The notes: generated by a model from the letters alone, not told the origin. DNA of 64,000 nucleotides from Dehalococcoidia bacterium (GCA_030740155.1 JASLXV010000038.1:32001-96000), one strand, 5' to 3'. Shown: positions 22,496 to 33,600, counted from the stretch's first letter. Made by a program: numbers and translations.

Positions 22496-22879
22496 CTACA
22501 CCCTCCTTCGTTTCGGTGGCCGGCACCCGTTATGGGGTATCGGCGTTACGTCCCGGATACTGCGCACCGCGAGTCCGGCCCCTTGCAGGGAACGGATTGC
22601 TGCCTCGCGGCCGGCCCCTGGGCCTTTGATCATTACATCCACCTGGCGCAGGCCCTGGTCCATCCCACGGCGGGCGGCCTGCTCGGCGGCCCGCTGGGCG
22701 GCAAAGGCAGTTCCCTTGCGGGAGCCTTTGAATCCCACCGTGCCCGCGCTGGCGGAAGAGATCACGTTTCCCTGGGGGTCGGTGATGCTGACCATCGTGT
22801 TATTGAATGTTGAATAAATGTACGCTCGTCCCAGCGGTACGTTGCGGCGTTCTCGGCGCCGTGATCTTGGTCTTGGCAT
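22496..22879 (-). CDS. rpsK: 30S ribosomal protein S11
   Basis: [31 protein letters not shown]. Confidence 0.97.
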   Translation of the reverse strand: MPRPRSRRRERRNVPLGRAYIYSTFNNTMVSITDPQGNVISSASAGTVGFKGSRKGTAFAAQRAAEQAARRGMDQGLRQVDVMIKGPGAGREAAIRSLQGAGLAVRSIRDVTPIPHNGCRPPKRRRV

Positions 22880-22889
22880 GAGGTTTTAC

Positions 22890-23282
22890 CTACTTCTTAC
22901 CCCCGGTACGGCGGCCGCGGCCGGCAACGGTGCGGCGAGGGCCCTTCCGGGTACGGGCGTTGGTCCTGGTACGTTGGCCGTGGGCCGGCAGGCCCCGGCG
23001 GTGGCGCAGGCCCCGGTAGGAGCCTATTTCTATCAAGCGCCGGATATTTTGGTTGACCTCGCGGCGCAGGTCACCCTCCGCGATATATTCCCGGTCCACC
23101 AGTTCCCGGATCCGGTCCACCTGGGCCTCAGATAGCTCGTTCATTCGGGGTGAAAGCACGGGGTCAATCTGAGCCTTGGTCAGTATTTCCGCGGCCAGGG
23201 TGGGGCCGATACCGTAAATACGACGCAGGGCCACGTGGGCCTTCTTGCGATCCGGCACGTCTACGCCGGCTATACGAACCAC
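22890..23282 (-). CDS. rpsM: 30S ribosomal protein S13
   Basis: RIAGVD, IYGIG, EGDLRRE, YRGLRHRRGLP, GQRTRTNARTRKG. Confidence 0.97.
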   Translation of the reverse strand: MVRIAGVDVPDRKKAHVALRRIYGIGPTLAAEILTKAQIDPVLSPRMNELSEAQVDRIRELVDREYIAEGDLRREVNQNIRRLIEIGSYRGLRHRRGLPAHGQRTRTNARTRKGPRRTVAGRGRRTGGKK

Positions 23283-23318
23283 TGGTTACCTCCTAGATCC
23301 CGCAGGCAGCCCACTGGG

Positions 23319-23432
23319 CTAGCCCTGCCGCTGGGAATGTCTCGGATTGGAGCAGATGATCCTCACCACTCCCTTGCGTTTGATCACCCGGCACTTGTCG
23401 CACCTGGGCTTAACCGATGCCGATACCTTCAT
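23319..23432 (-). CDS. rpmJ: 50S ribosomal protein L36 (Zn-binding type; absent from the ORF track)
   Basis: Manual translation [37 protein letters not shown]. Confidence 0.96.
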   Translation of the reverse strand: MKVSASVKPRCDKCRVIKRKGVVRIICSNPRHSQRQG

Positions 23433-23450
23433 TATTAAATCACCCGCGCC

Positions 23451-23669
23451 TTACTTGAACCGGTAGGTTATGCGGCCACGGCTCAGGTCGTATGGCGATA
23501 ACTCCACGAGAACCCGGTCGCCCGGCAGCACGCGAATGAAGTGCTTCCGGATCTTGCCCGACACGTGGGCCAATACCTTGTGGTCGTTGGGCAGCTCCAC
23601 CCGGAACATTCCGTTGGGCAGGGCTTCTTTCACGCTGGCTTCTACTTCTATGGCCTGTTTTTTTGGCAT
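23451..23669 (-). CDS. infA: Translation initiation factor IF-1
   Basis: [34 protein letters not shown]. Confidence 0.97.
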   Translation of the reverse strand: MPKKQAIEVEASVKEALPNGMFRVELPNDHKVLAHVSGKIRKHFIRVLPGDRVLVELSPYDLSRGRITYRFK

Positions 23670-23726
23670 ATGCGTCCTCTGCTGTCACCGTTCCCCGTCC
23701 GCCGGCGGGCCGGGGTGCGATGCCCG

Positions 23727-24533
23727 CTAGTCGTGGCTGGTCAGAACCTCTGGCCCCTCTTCGGTTATGGCGATGGTATGCTCAAAATGGGCCGACAGTT
23801 TCCCGTCCGCCGTTACCACCGTCCACTGGTCGTCCAGTATCCGGGTGTGCCAATCTCCAACGTTCAACATCGGTTCGATGGCAATGCACATGCCGGGGCG
23901 CAGAAGCGGTCCCAGGCCCGCCTGCCCGTAGTTGGGAACCTGGGGGTCTTCATGGAGGAACCGGCCCACACCGTGGCCCACGAACTCCCGGACTATTCCG
24001 TATCCCCTGCTCTCGCCGAAGCTCTGGACGGCCGCCCCAATATCGCCAATCCGGTTCCCCGGCACGGAAACCTTGATTCCCTCTTCCAGGCATCGGCGGG
24101 TAGCTTCCATCAACGCTGCCGCCTCCCCGCTCACTTCACCCACCGCCAGCGAGATGGCTGCATCTCCGATAAGCCCGTCCAGGGTCGCCCCCACGTCCAC
24201 TTTGATTATATCCCCTTTTTTCAGAACCCGCTTCCCGGGGATCCCGTGTACGATCTGCTCATTCACCGACGTGCAGATACTGGCAGGAAACCCCCGGTAG
24301 CCTTTGAAGGTAGGCCGGGCGCCGTGGCGGGTTATTTCCTTGAAGGCGATCCGGTCCAGGTCCTTGGTGGTCATTCCCGGTTCCACCGAGCGCTTCAACA
24401 AGGTGAGCACCGCACCCACGACAGCGCCGGCACGGCGCATGGCGTCCAGTTCCTGGGCGGATTTTATCGTAATCCCCCCTTTGTAGGTGGTCGGCGAGTT
24501 CGACGCGGTTTCAACCTTTCTGCCGGTATTCAA
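23727..24533 (-). CDS. map: Methionine aminopeptidase type I
   Basis: CTSVNEQIVHGIP, GHGVGRFLHEDP, AIEPM, SAHFEHT. Confidence 0.96.
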   Translation of the reverse strand: MNTGRKVETASNSPTTYKGGITIKSAQELDAMRRAGAVVGAVLTLLKRSVEPGMTTKDLDRIAFKEITRHGARPTFKGYRGFPASICTSVNEQIVHGIPGKRVLKKGDIIKVDVGATLDGLIGDAAISLAVGEVSGEAAALMEATRRCLEEGIKVSVPGNRIGDIGAAVQSFGESRGYGIVREFVGHGVGRFLHEDPQVPNYGQAGLGPLLRPGMCIAIEPMLNVGDWHTRILDDQWTVVTADGKLSAHFEHTIAITEEGPEVLTSHD

Positions 24534-24557
24534 CCTTTCTATTCTACCCCTGTTCGG

Positions 24558-25283
24558 TTATCTTGAAAACCCGGCCTTGGATACCGGCCCTTGCGCTATT
24601 GCTTTCAGCACCAGGGCATGGATACTTTCGACACTTCCTTCACCCGGAATGTCAGCCAGGAGGCCTCTTTGCTGGTAGAAACTCAAGAGGGGAACGGTTT
24701 CGGTGTGGTATACATAGAGTCGCCGACGGAGCGCTTCCGGGGTGTCGTCGGCCCGCTGGTAAAGTTCACCTCCGCAATCGTGGCACCGCCGTTCTCCTTT
24801 TCCCGATGTTTCCTTGCTTGCTTCCTCGCTTCCCTCATCTGGTGATGGTAGGCCAATGGTGTGTGGGGCCTGGCACCTCCGGCAACTGTAGCGGCCCCCG
24901 ATGCGCCGGAACACCTCCCGCTCGGGGACGTCGATGTGCACTACTTTGTCCAGGCCTCGGGACCGCTGCTCCAATGCCCACTCCAGGGCCCTGGCCTGGT
25001 GCAGGTTTCGGGGGAACCCGTCCAGGATGAACCCCACCCGCGGCTCCAGGGAGAGCACCTTGTCCAGAATGATATCGATTGTGACCTCGTCGGGCACCAA
25101 CAGCCCCTGGTTCATGAACCCGGCCACCTGGAGACCCAGCGCGGTTTGCTGCTGCAGGTGTTCGCGGAACAGGCCCCCGGAACCGATGTAGCGTATCCGG
25201 AGCCGCCGGGTCAACAGCTGCGCCTGGGTGCCCTTTCCCGCGCCCGGGGGGCCGAACAGTATCAGTCGTGTCGCGGGGATCAA
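24558..25283 (-). CDS. adk: Adenylate kinase
   Basis: GPPGAGKGTQA, GLLVPDE, LDGFPRN, CxxC...CxxC lid, QRADD. Confidence 0.95.
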   Translation of the reverse strand: MIPATRLILFGPPGAGKGTQAQLLTRRLRIRYIGSGGLFREHLQQQTALGLQVAGFMNQGLLVPDEVTIDIILDKVLSLEPRVGFILDGFPRNLHQARALEWALEQRSRGLDKVVHIDVPEREVFRRIGGRYSCRRCQAPHTIGLPSPDEGSEEASKETSGKGERRCHDCGGELYQRADDTPEALRRRLYVYHTETVPLLSFYQQRGLLADIPGEGSVESIHALVLKAIAQGPVSKAGFSR

Positions 25284-25284
25284 T

Positions 25285-26613
25285 CTATTTCAAGAATCCT
25301 TCATAATTCCGCATCATGAGTTGTGCTTCCAGCTGGCGCAAGGTGTCTAGGCCCACCCCGACCATGATCAACAAGCTGGTGCTGCTCAGGGAAATTGCCT
25401 GGACATCGGTCACCAGGGACGCTAGCCATGGAACGATGGCGATAAACCCCAAGAACAAGGCGCCCCCCAGCGTTAAGCGCACTATCACCCGGTTCAAATA
25501 GTCCTGGGTGGGCTTGCCCGGCCGGATCCCCAGCACGAAGCCCCCGTTGCGTTGGAGGTTCTCCGCCAGGTTCTGCTGGTTGAACACTACCAACGTGTAG
25601 AAAAAGGTAAAGGCAACCACCAGGATGAACACCATTACCCAATAGAGCATTGAAGTGGGCACCAGCAGGTCGCCGAAGAAGACTGCCGCGTCGCCGATCC
25701 AGCCGCCGCTGGTGGATAGGTAGGTGGCGATGGTTCCGGGAAGAATCACGATGGAAAAGGCGAAGATCAGCGGGATCATTCCAGCCGAGTTGATCCTGAG
25801 AGGCAGATAGGTTGCGCCACTCTGACGGTACATTCTACCGCCCCTGAAGATGCTGCGCCCGTATTGAACCGGAATGCGCCGGTGGGCTTCGTTGAACAGC
25901 ACGATCATCGCGATAATCATCACGCCGATTATGGCGAAGAAACCGATGCCGAGGACGTTGTCCCGATCGAGGAACCCCTGGGCCAAGAGGCCGGGGAAGC
26001 CGGCCACGATTCCCGCGAAGATGATCAGGGAGATACCGTTGCCGATGCCCTTCTCGGTGATCAACTCGCCCAACCAGACCAGGAACAGGGTCCCGGCGAC
26101 GATGGAAATGAGGGCGGCGACGGTGGGCAGCAGGTTGCTGCCGGAGAACCCCACGAAGTTCAGCACGTTGCTCTGTTGAAGGAGCACCAGTTGCCCGTAG
26201 CCCTGGGCCAGGGCAATGGGCACGGTCAGCCAGTGAACGAAGCGGTTCATCTTGGCCCGGCCCGCTTCTCCCTCCCGGGAGATTTCTTGAAGGGCCGGTA
26301 TAACCGGGGTGAGTAGCTGCATGACGATGGAGGCGGTGATGTAGGGGAAAACCCCCAGCGCCACGATGCTCATCCGTCTCAAGGCGCCGCCGCTGAACAG
26401 GTCCAAAAAGCCCAGGAGCTGGTTGCTGTCGAACAGGACATCCAGCTGGTCGGTGTCGATGCCGGGCAGCGGAATGTGGGCCGCAAAACGGTAAAGCGCC
26501 AGCAGCGCCAGAGTGAACAGGATTTTGGCCCTGAGGTCCGGCAAGCTGAAGGCGTCGATTGCAGCCTGGAGCAGGCGAGGGAATCGCCCCCCCTGGGTTT
26601 CCGCGGTCATCAT
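25285..26613 (-). CDS. secY: Preprotein translocase subunit SecY
   Basis: ALGVFPYITASIVMQLL, WLGELITEKGIGNGISL, GIRPGKPT. Confidence 0.97.
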   Translation of the reverse strand: MMTAETQGGRFPRLLQAAIDAFSLPDLRAKILFTLALLALYRFAAHIPLPGIDTDQLDVLFDSNQLLGFLDLFSGGALRRMSIVALGVFPYITASIVMQLLTPVIPALQEISREGEAGRAKMNRFVHWLTVPIALAQGYGQLVLLQQSNVLNFVGFSGSNLLPTVAALISIVAGTLFLVWLGELITEKGIGNGISLIIFAGIVAGFPGLLAQGFLDRDNVLGIGFFAIIGVMIIAMIVLFNEAHRRIPVQYGRSIFRGGRMYRQSGATYLPLRINSAGMIPLIFAFSIVILPGTIATYLSTSGGWIGDAAVFFGDLLVPTSMLYWVMVFILVVAFTFFYTLVVFNQQNLAENLQRNGGFVLGIRPGKPTQDYLNRVIVRLTLGGALFLGFIAIVPWLASLVTDVQAISLSSTSLLIMVGVGLDTLRQLEAQLMMRNYEGFLK

Positions 26614-26618
26614 TAGAC

Positions 26619-27062
26619 CTAAAGCTCCTGTACTGTTCCCTGGGCTGCTTCGATCTTCTCTCGTGCCGAGCGGGTGAATCTGTGGGCTACCACGGTGAGG
26701 GCCTTGCTGACCTCGCCGTCCCCAACAATCTTGATCGGCTTGTTGAGGTTGCGCAGGTAACCCCGCTCCTTCAGCACTTCGGGCGTGACGCGTTCGCCGG
26801 GCTCGAAGCTATCCAGCGATCCCAGTTTCACCAGGGCATAGTAAACCTTGAACCGGTTGGTGAAGCCGCGCTTCATCGGCAGGCCTTTGATCAATGCCAT
26901 CTGACCGCCTTCGAAGCCGGAGCGGATCGCCCCGCCTGAACGGGATTTCTGGCCCTTCATGCCCCGGCCAGCGGTGCTGCCCTGGCCGGCGGCGTCGCCC
27001 CGGCCCACTCGTTTCTTGGGTCTTCTGGCCCCCGGGCTGGGGACCAGTTGGTGTTCCATCAT
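26619..27062 (-). CDS. rplO: 50S ribosomal protein L15
   Basis: KRVGRG, GRGMKGQKSRSG, GFEGGQ. Confidence 0.96.
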   Translation of the reverse strand: MMEHQLVPSPGARRPKKRVGRGDAAGQGSTAGRGMKGQKSRSGGAIRSGFEGGQMALIKGLPMKRGFTNRFKVYYALVKLGSLDSFEPGERVTPEVLKERGYLRNLNKPIKIVGDGEVSKALTVVAHRFTRSAREKIEAAQGTVQEL

Positions 27063-27271
27063 TTGGTGCCACTCCCCGATGGGCTGGCTTCTTCCGCTAC
27101 TTCAACGGTGACCAGGTGGTTGACCTTTTCAACCATCCCGCGGATGGTCGGTGTGTCGCCGTGAATCACCGAATGGTGCAGCCGGTGCAAGCCAAGAGAT
27201 TTTATGACCCTCCGCTGGGATTCGGGCCGGCCGATACAACTTCTTATCCAGGTAATTTTTAGCTGGGCCAT
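27059..27271 (-). CDS. rpmD: 50S ribosomal protein L30
   Basis: LKITWIRSCIGR, SLGLHRL, IRGMVEKVNHLV. Confidence 0.93.
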   Translation of the reverse strand: MAQLKITWIRSCIGRPESQRRVIKSLGLHRLHHSVIHGDTPTIRGMVEKVNHLVTVEVAEEASPSGSGTK

Positions 27272-27451
27272 CGTACGTCTTTCCTAAGTTCCCTAGTTCC
27301 CTGTGTGTAACCCGCCGGTTCGCCCCGCGCGGCGTTGGGGGAGGCCTCGGACGGGGCTTTGGGCCCAAGGGCAGTGTCCCAGGGCGGCCTCCGGCCGGCG
27401 AGCTTGAGTCAGCTTACGGATAGCGCCTGATCGCTTGGTTTTCCGGGGCCG

Positions 27452-27988
27452 TCATCTACGTCGAGGGGCCTCGTAGGCGCGCTCGGCCCGCATTGCCATC
27501 TCCTTCACCGGGTCACGGAGTTGCCGCAAAGCTTCCATGGTAGCGTAGACGATGTTAATCGGGTTTCGGGAGCCCAAAGACTTGCCCACCACGTCTTTGA
27601 CCCCGCCAAGCTCCAGCATGGCGCGCATGGCGCCGGCGGCGATGACGCCCGTTCCTTCGCGTGCCGGCTTGATCATGACGATGGTGGCGCCTTTCTTGAC
27701 CGTGATCCGCTGGGGAATAGTGCTTCCCTGGATCGGGATCTGGACCAAGTTGCGGCGGGCGATGGCGTTGCCCTTGCGCACCGCGTCGGGAATCACGAGG
27801 GCCTTGCCCAGCCCAACTCCCACCTGGCCTTCGCCGTCGCCCACTACCACGAGGGCATTGAAGCGGAGGCGCCGGCCTCCCTTGACCACTTTAGCAATCC
27901 GCCGGGTGTAGACCACGCGCTCCGACATGCCAGAGGCATCGTCATCCCGGAATCGGCCGTATGGGGCCCTGTTAAACGCCGAAACCAT
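27452..27988 (-). CDS. rpsE: 30S ribosomal protein S5
   Basis: AKVVKGGRR, ALVVVGDG, GTGVIA, KSLGSRNPIN. Confidence 0.96.
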   Translation of the reverse strand: MVSAFNRAPYGRFRDDDASGMSERVVYTRRIAKVVKGGRRLRFNALVVVGDGEGQVGVGLGKALVIPDAVRKGNAIARRNLVQIPIQGSTIPQRITVKKGATIVMIKPAREGTGVIAAGAMRAMLELGGVKDVVGKSLGSRNPINIVYATMEALRQLRDPVKEMAMRAERAYEAPRRR

Positions 27989-28048
27989 TTGAAACTTCGA
28001 CCTCCTGCCGTTGTCGGACGATTATATGCTGGCTGCGTAGGGCAACCA

Positions 28049-28417
28049 TTAAAACTCGAGTCCACCTTCTCTGGATGCTTCGGCCAAGGCCTTGACCCGG
28101 CCGTGATACTTGTAACCGCCCCGGTCAAACACCACCTGGGAAATGCCCAGGGCCAGGGCCCGCTCCGCCACGAGCTTGCCCACGGCTTGGGAGGCATTGA
28201 CCTTGGGCTGGATGGGCGATTCCCGCTTTTCGCCACCCTCCTGGCTGGAAGCGGCCGCCAAGGTGTGACCATTGGCGTCGTCGATTACCTGGGCATATAT
28301 GTGGCGCAGGCTGCGGAACACGCAGAGCCGTGGCCGTTGCGGGCTGCCGTGTACCTTTCTCCGCACCCTGGCGTGGCGGACAACCCTCAGTTTTCGAGCG
28401 TCTCTATCTTTGGGCAT
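28049..28417 (-). CDS. rplR: 50S ribosomal protein L18
   Basis: [35 protein letters not shown]. Confidence 0.97.
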   Translation of the reverse strand: MPKDRDARKLRVVRHARVRRKVHGSPQRPRLCVFRSLRHIYAQVIDDANGHTLAAASSQEGGEKRESPIQPKVNASQAVGKLVAERALALGISQVVFDRGGYKYHGRVKALAEASREGGLEF

Positions 28418-28419
28418 GA

Positions 28420-28992
28420 TCAGGCCTTACGGGCGGCTGCCTTACCTGGCTTGAAGTGGAGCACCTCGCCCTGATACCGAATCCCTTTTTCTTTGTAGGC
28501 ATTGGGAGGCCTTACCTTGCGCACTTGAGCCGCCAGGTTGCCTACCTTTTGTTTGTCGATGCCGCGAACGTGGACCCGGTTGTTGCCCTCCACCTCCATG
28601 GTTACCCCTTCGCCGGGGTGAATCTCTACGGTGTGGCTATAGCCCACGCTCAGGATAATGCCGTCTCCGGCCTGCGCGACCCGGTAGCCCACTCCCATCA
28701 GCTCTAATGTCTTGGTGTACCCGTCGGTGACCCCCGTGATGGCGTTGGCGATGAGGCTGCGGGTGAGCCCATGCAAAGCGTGATGGAATTTCCGCTCGGA
28801 GAACCGCTCCACGAAAACCATTCCATCCTCGACCTTGACGACCACGTCGGGGTGGTAGTTTTGAGTCAGGCTCCCCTTGGGTCCTTTCACCGTCACGCCG
28901 CCGTACTCGATCTCTACCTTTACCCCGGAGGGGACGGGGATCGGCTTACGCCCAATGCGGGAGAGCGTCCGGCCTTGAGTTTTTGCCTTCAC
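28420..28992 (-). CDS. rplF: 50S ribosomal protein L6
   Basis: [27 protein letters not shown]; start is GTG 28992 or ATG 29010. Confidence 0.94.
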   Translation of the reverse strand: MKAKTQGRTLSRIGRKPIPVPSGVKVEIEYGGVTVKGPKGSLTQNYHPDVVVKVEDGMVFVERFSERKFHHALHGLTRSLIANAITGVTDGYTKTLELMGVGYRVAQAGDGIILSVGYSHTVEIHPGEGVTMEVEGNNRVHVRGIDKQKVGNLAAQVRKVRPPNAYKEKGIRYQGEVLHFKPGKAAARKA

Positions 28993-28999
28993 CGCGGTG

Positions 29000-29398
29000 T
29001 TACCAGACATAACACAACAACTCCCCGCCGATTCCACGCCGCCAGGCCGCCTGCCCTGCCATAACCCCTTGGGAGGTGGAAAGGATGGCCAAACCCAGAC
29101 CGCCGTAAACGCGGGGTATTTCCCCTTTGCCCACGTGACTCCGCAAACCCGGTCTGCTGACCCGTTTCAGGCCGTTGATGGCCGGTACCCGGCCTTCTCG
29201 GTAGGCGAGGTGCAGCCGAAGGGTTGGGTGGGCGTGTCCCCGGGGCATGTCGAAGTCCCGGATGTAGCCTTCGTCTTTCAGAATCCTGGCCAGGGCCAGT
29301 TTCAGCTTTGAGTGGGGCACTAGGACGGAGTCGTGACGCACGTGGATGGCGTTACGGATCCGGGTCAGCATATCCGCCACAGGATCGGTGACTGGCAT
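29000..29398 (-). CDS. rpsH: 30S ribosomal protein S8
   Basis: DPVADMLTRIRNA, RVSRPGLR, ILSTSQG, GGELLCYVW. Confidence 0.97.
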   Translation of the reverse strand: MPVTDPVADMLTRIRNAIHVRHDSVLVPHSKLKLALARILKDEGYIRDFDMPRGHAHPTLRLHLAYREGRVPAINGLKRVSRPGLRSHVGKGEIPRVYGGLGLAILSTSQGVMAGQAAWRRGIGGELLCYVW

Positions 29399-29477
29399 TC
29401 TAATCTGTCTCCCCGCTGCTTACGATCATCGGAACTTTGGTGTGGTCCATGTGGATTCTTCGCTTCAAGAGAAGCCT

Positions 29478-29663
29478 CTACAGGCTGGCCTTGCGCACGC
29501 CCGGCAGCTCGCCGGTCAGCGCCAACTGTCGGAAGCATATCCGGCAGATCCCAAAGAAGCGGATGTAGGCCCGCGGCCGGCCACACCGGTGGCACCGGCT
29601 GTGAACCCGGACCGGAAACCTGGGTGTCTTTGACCATTTCTGGATTTTCGACGTCTTAGCCAA
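29478..29663 (-). CDS. rpsZ: 30S ribosomal protein S14 type Z
   Basis: TTG start; AKTSK...[23 protein letters not shown]...[10 protein letters not shown]. Confidence 0.95.
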   Translation of the reverse strand: MAKTSKIQKWSKTPRFPVRVHSRCHRCGRPRAYIRFFGICRICFRQLALTGELPGVRKASL

Positions 29664-29673
29664 GAAATCTCCT

Positions 29674-30477
29674 TTACGCCTGGCGGACGAACGGGAAGCC
29701 GTACAACTCCAGCAGGCGAATCGCCTCGGCGTCGTTTCCGGCGGTAGTGGTAATTGTAACCTGAAGGCCCCTGAATTTGTCGATCTCGTTGTAGTCGATC
29801 TCCGGAAAGATGATCTGCTCCCGGATGCCGATGGTAAAGTTTCCCCGCCCATCGAAGCCCCGGCGGGGAACACCCCGGAAGTCGCGGATTCGGGGCAAGG
29901 CCATGTTGACCAGCCGATCCAGGAAATGGTACATCCGTGTCCCCCGGAGGGTTACCGCGGTGCCGATGGAGTTCCCTTCCCGGATCTTGAACCCGGCGAT
30001 GGACCGGCGGGCCTTGGTGATTATCGGCTTCTGCCCGCTTATCGTGGTCAAGTCTCGGGTGGCGCCTTCCATGGCACGGCTGTTGGTCAATGCTTCGCCC
30101 ATCCCGATGTTCAAAACGATCTTCCCGATCCGGGGCACGCGCATCGGATTGTTAAACCCGAACTCTTGCATCATAGCGGGCACGATTTCGTTTCGGTAAA
30201 CATCCCGAAGCCGAGGCGGGGGTGGTCCTTCCGCCTCGGGAGGGGCTTCATCCGCGGCCTCGGCTTCGGCGCGCTTCCCACGGGTCGATCTTCCGCTTTG
30301 GGCGGGCCGTCGTCCGGCAGGAGCTGCTTTGGCCTTGGGCTGCTTCTCGGCTTTGGCTTTGGGCGGCGTTTCGGCGGTAGCCTCAGGCGGCTCGTCGGTA
30401 GCTGCTTCGGGCTGCTGCTCGCCTGAAGCCTCGGGCTGCTCCTCGCTCTGGGGCTCCGGCTTGGCTTCACCTGGCAT
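29674..30477 (-). CDS. rplE: 50S ribosomal protein L5 with low-complexity N-terminal extension
   Basis: [40 protein letters not shown]. Confidence 0.96.
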   Translation of the reverse strand: MPGEAKPEPQSEEQPEASGEQQPEAATDEPPEATAETPPKAKAEKQPKAKAAPAGRRPAQSGRSTRGKRAEAEAADEAPPEAEGPPPPRLRDVYRNEIVPAMMQEFGFNNPMRVPRIGKIVLNIGMGEALTNSRAMEGATRDLTTISGQKPIITKARRSIAGFKIREGNSIGTAVTLRGTRMYHFLDRLVNMALPRIRDFRGVPRRGFDGRGNFTIGIREQIIFPEIDYNEIDKFRGLQVTITTTAGNDAEAIRLLELYGFPFVRQA

Positions 30478-30787
30478 CGTCGATCACTTCCTTACACTTG
30501 GGACAACCCCTGACCCTGACCCCGGTGTCCAGGAGGACAGAGGTGGGTTTCACGGGCCGGTTACACTTATTGCAAAGCAAAACTACGTTGGAAATGTGGA
30601 TGGGGGATTCTTGCTGCACCCTGCCCGATTGCCTGACTCCGGGGCGCGCGCGCACGTGCCGGGTCACCACGTTTACACCTTCAACCACCACCCGGTTTTG
30701 CTTAACCAATTGCCGGTCTACTCGCCCGGTTTTGCCTTTGTCCTTTCCGGCCGTGACCAGCACGGTATCACCATTTCGGATGCGCAT
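30467..30787 (-). CDS. rplX: 50S ribosomal protein L24
   Basis: [30 protein letters not shown]. Confidence 0.97.
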   Translation of the reverse strand: MRIRNGDTVLVTAGKDKGKTGRVDRQLVKQNRVVVEGVNVVTRHVRARPGVRQSGRVQQESPIHISNVVLLCNKCNRPVKPTSVLLDTGVRVRGCPKCKEVIDDAR

Positions 30788-31155
30788 TATACCACCTCGG
30801 ACGCCAGGGACACGATCCGCATGAAACCTTTGTCCCGCAACTCGCGGGCCACCGGCCCAAAGATACGGGTGCCCCGAGGCAGCCGGTTATCCAAGATGAG
30901 TACCGCGGCATTGTCATCGAATTTTATGTAGGTCCCGTCGGGCCGGCGGCGGCCCTGGGCCTGCCTGATGACCACCGCTTTGACCACTTCGCCCTTTCTG
31001 ACCGGGGAGTTGGGGGCTGCCTCCCGAACGTTGCAGACGATCACATCGCCCACGTGGGCGTACCTGCGCCGGCCGCTGCCGGGAATATTGATCAGCCGGA
31101 TCACTTTGGCCCCGCTGTTGTCGGCCACGGTGAGCCGTGTGTAGGTCTGGATCAT
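30787..31155 (-). CDS. rplN: 50S ribosomal protein L14
   Basis: [28 protein letters not shown]. Confidence 0.97.
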   Translation of the reverse strand: MIQTYTRLTVADNSGAKVIRLINIPGSGRRRYAHVGDVIVCNVREAAPNSPVRKGEVVKAVVIRQAQGRRRPDGTYIKFDDNAAVLILDNRLPRGTRIFGPVARELRDKGFMRIVSLASEVV

Positions 31156-31559
31156 TCTTCAGAGTCCTCGGTTTCTTCGCTGTCCGCTGCGGGTTCCTCG
31201 CCCTCCGGCTCAGCTTCGCCGGGTTCACCGGCTACGGGCTCCTCGTCCACTTCGTCGACAACCACCACGGCGTCGGCCTCCAGGTCGATGGCGCGCACGT
31301 CCGCAACTTGCCGCCGCTCCAGTATCTCCATCAAGCGCCAACGCTTGGTTTTGGAGATGGGCCTGGTCTCCTCGATTCGGACCACATCACCCAGGCGGCA
31401 CTGGTTGAGGGCGTCGTGAACGTGGAAACGGGCCACGCGCCGCACCTGTTTGCGGTAGAGACGGTTGCGTTGTTTCCAAACCATCTCCACAACCGCCGTT
31501 TGGCCTCGGGGCGTCCGCACCACCGAGCCGGTGCGGACTTTACGCATCGATTTCGCCAC
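31152..31559 (-). CDS. rpsQ: 30S ribosomal protein S17 with acidic C-terminal tail
   Basis: [24 protein letters not shown]. Confidence 0.95.
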   Translation of the reverse strand: MAKSMRKVRTGSVVRTPRGQTAVVEMVWKQRNRLYRKQVRRVARFHVHDALNQCRLGDVVRIEETRPISKTKRWRLMEILERRQVADVRAIDLEADAVVVVDEVDEEPVAGEPGEAEPEGEEPAADSEETEDSEE

Positions 31560-31561
31560 TC

Positions 31562-31759
31562 TTACCTCTGTGCCAACTGGCGCTCTCTGATGACTGTGCG
31601 CAACCTGGCGATGGACTTCCGCACCCCGCGGGGTAGATTGGAATTGGGCAACTGGCCGGTGGTAGCCCGGAAGCGCAAGTGCATATACTCCCGGTAGGTC
31701 TTATCCAGCTCCTCCTTGAGTTGCTCGTCGGTCAAGGCTCGTATTTCGTGGATCTGCAT
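31562..31759 (-). CDS. rpmC: 50S ribosomal protein L29
   Basis: LRFRATTGQL, RKSIARLRTVIRE; syntenic position. Confidence 0.94.
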   Translation of the reverse strand: MQIHEIRALTDEQLKEELDKTYREYMHLRFRATTGQLPNSNLPRGVRKSIARLRTVIRERQLAQR

Positions 31760-31771
31760 GACGCTCCCTCC

Positions 31772-32209
31772 CTAGCCGGCCCCGCCGGCCAGAGCCGCCA
31801 TCCGGTTGCGGTGGACGGTCTTGGTGGGAATCGGCAGCTTGTGAGAGGCCAATTCCAGAGCGTCGACGGCGTCTTGTGGCGGTACTCCGGCAACCTCAAA
31901 GAGAATCCGGCCGGGCCTGACCACGGCAACCCAATGGTCGACGGCGGCCTTGCCGCCCCCCATCCGAACTTCGGCCGGCTTCTTGGAAACCGACTTATCC
32001 GGGAAGACCCGGACCCAAACCTGTCCGCCCCGCCGGAGGTGCCGGGTGACAGCCACCCGGGCCGCCTCAATCTGGCGGGCCGTGATCCAGTCGGTCCCCA
32101 TTGCTTTCAATCCATACTCACCGAAGTTGATGGTGCTTCCCGTACTGGCTGCGCCTTTGCGGCGGCCCCGGAAGGACTTGCGGTATTTAGTACGTTTTGG
32201 CTGTAGCAT
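31772..32209 (-). CDS. rplP: 50S ribosomal protein L16
   Basis: [29 protein letters not shown]. Confidence 0.97.
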   Translation of the reverse strand: MLQPKRTKYRKSFRGRRKGAASTGSTINFGEYGLKAMGTDWITARQIEAARVAVTRHLRRGGQVWVRVFPDKSVSKKPAEVRMGGGKAAVDHWVAVVRPGRILFEVAGVPPQDAVDALELASHKLPIPTKTVHRNRMAALAGGAG

Positions 32210-32227
32210 GAGCGGTTCCTCTAACCC

Positions 32228-32962
32228 CTAGGCTTCGTCGACTACTTCCAATTCTTCTTCTGGGGCGCCCGCCTGCACGGTCACCTCGACAGATTCCAGT
32301 TCCTCTTCCTGCTCCGGTGGCGGTGGCAAGATTTCCCCATGATAGACCCAGGTCTTGACGCCCACTCGCCCCATTCCGGTGTGGGCCTCGGCCAGGCCGT
32401 AGTCGATGTCCGCCCGCAGGGTATGCAGGGGTACCCGGCCCAGCATCAGCTTCTCCACCCGGGCGATCTCGGAGCCGGAAATCCGGCCCTTCACGATGAT
32501 TTTGATCCCCTTGGCGCCCCCTTGCATCGCCCGCTGGGCGGCCTGGCGCATGGCCCGCCGGTAGGCTACCCGCCGCTCCAGTTGGTCGGCGATGTTCCGC
32601 GACACCAGGTAGGCGTCGATCTCCGGCTGGTTGATCTCGATGATGTTCAACTGGACCCGGCGTTTGGTTATCACCTCCAGCCGGCTGCGCAAACGCTTGA
32701 CCCGTTCCCCATCCCTTCCGATGAGAATGCCAGGCCGGGCCGAATGGATGTTGATTACGCTGTCCTGGGCGCCGCGGTCGATTTCCACCCGGGCGATCCC
32801 GGCGTCGGAAAAGGCCTTGTACTCGTTCCGAATGCAGCCCCGCAGATTCAGGTCCTCCAGCACCAGGGTTCGATAGCTCGAGGTGTTGGGGGCAAACCAA
32901 TGGGCCTTCCAATCTTTGACGATGCCCAGTCTAAAACCGTACGGATGTGTCTTGTGGCCCAT
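32228..32962 (-). CDS. rpsC: 30S ribosomal protein S3
   Basis: [34 protein letters not shown]. Confidence 0.97.
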   Translation of the reverse strand: MGHKTHPYGFRLGIVKDWKAHWFAPNTSSYRTLVLEDLNLRGCIRNEYKAFSDAGIARVEIDRGAQDSVINIHSARPGILIGRDGERVKRLRSRLEVITKRRVQLNIIEINQPEIDAYLVSRNIADQLERRVAYRRAMRQAAQRAMQGGAKGIKIIVKGRISGSEIARVEKLMLGRVPLHTLRADIDYGLAEAHTGMGRVGVKTWVYHGEILPPPPEQEEELESVEVTVQAGAPEEELEVVDEA

Positions 32963-32965
32963 GAC

Positions 32966-33313
32966 TTAGGTCTCCTCCCCTGCCTCGTCCACCAGGACGG
33001 TGATGTGGCTGGAGCGCTTGGTGATTCGGCCGATGCGGCCCCTGGCTCGGGGCCGGAACCGCTTCAAGGAACGGGCATTATCCGCCGTGATGTGGACGAT
33101 CCGCAAGGCGTCCCGGTCCATGTACATGTTGTTTTCGGCGTTGGCCGCGGCCGACTTGACCACCTTGGCCACGGTCTTGGCCCAGGGTGACGGCAGCAGG
33201 CCCAATGTATTCAGCGCATCATCTACCCGCTGGCCCCTCACCAGGTCCAAGATGGGTCTCAAGCGCTTCTGGGACGCTCCTATTTGTTTGGCCATGGCTC
33301 GTACTGGCGGCAC
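32966..33313 (-). CDS. rplV: 50S ribosomal protein L22
   Basis: KSAAANAENN, KRFRPRARGR, KRSSHITV. Confidence 0.96.
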   Translation of the reverse strand: MPPVRAMAKQIGASQKRLRPILDLVRGQRVDDALNTLGLLPSPWAKTVAKVVKSAAANAENNMYMDRDALRIVHITADNARSLKRFRPRARGRIGRITKRSSHITVLVDEAGEET

Positions 33314-33317
33314 TACC

Positions 33318-33599
33318 TTACCTCACCCTGCTGGATCGTTCGGTGCGCACGTGGCCCCGGTAGGTACGGGTAGGAGCGAATTCGCCCAGCCGGTGACCCA
33401 CCATGTTTTCGGTGACGAACACCGGTACATGACGGCGGCCGTCGTGGACGCCCATCGTCAGCCCCACCATTTCGGGCATGACCATCGAAGCTCGAGACCA
33501 GGTTCGAATAACCGTCTTGGCGCCGGACCGCTGGACGGCTTCCACCTTCTTCATCAGCTTGGGATGAACGAATGGGCCCTTTTTAACCGATCGGGACAC
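33318..33599 (-). CDS. rpsS: 30S ribosomal protein S19
   Basis: [27 protein letters not shown]. Confidence 0.97.
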   Translation of the reverse strand: MSRSVKKGPFVHPKLMKKVEAVQRSGAKTVIRTWSRASMVMPEMVGLTMGVHDGRRHVPVFVTENMVGHRLGEFAPTRTYRGHVRTERSSRVR

Positions 33600-33600
33600 T

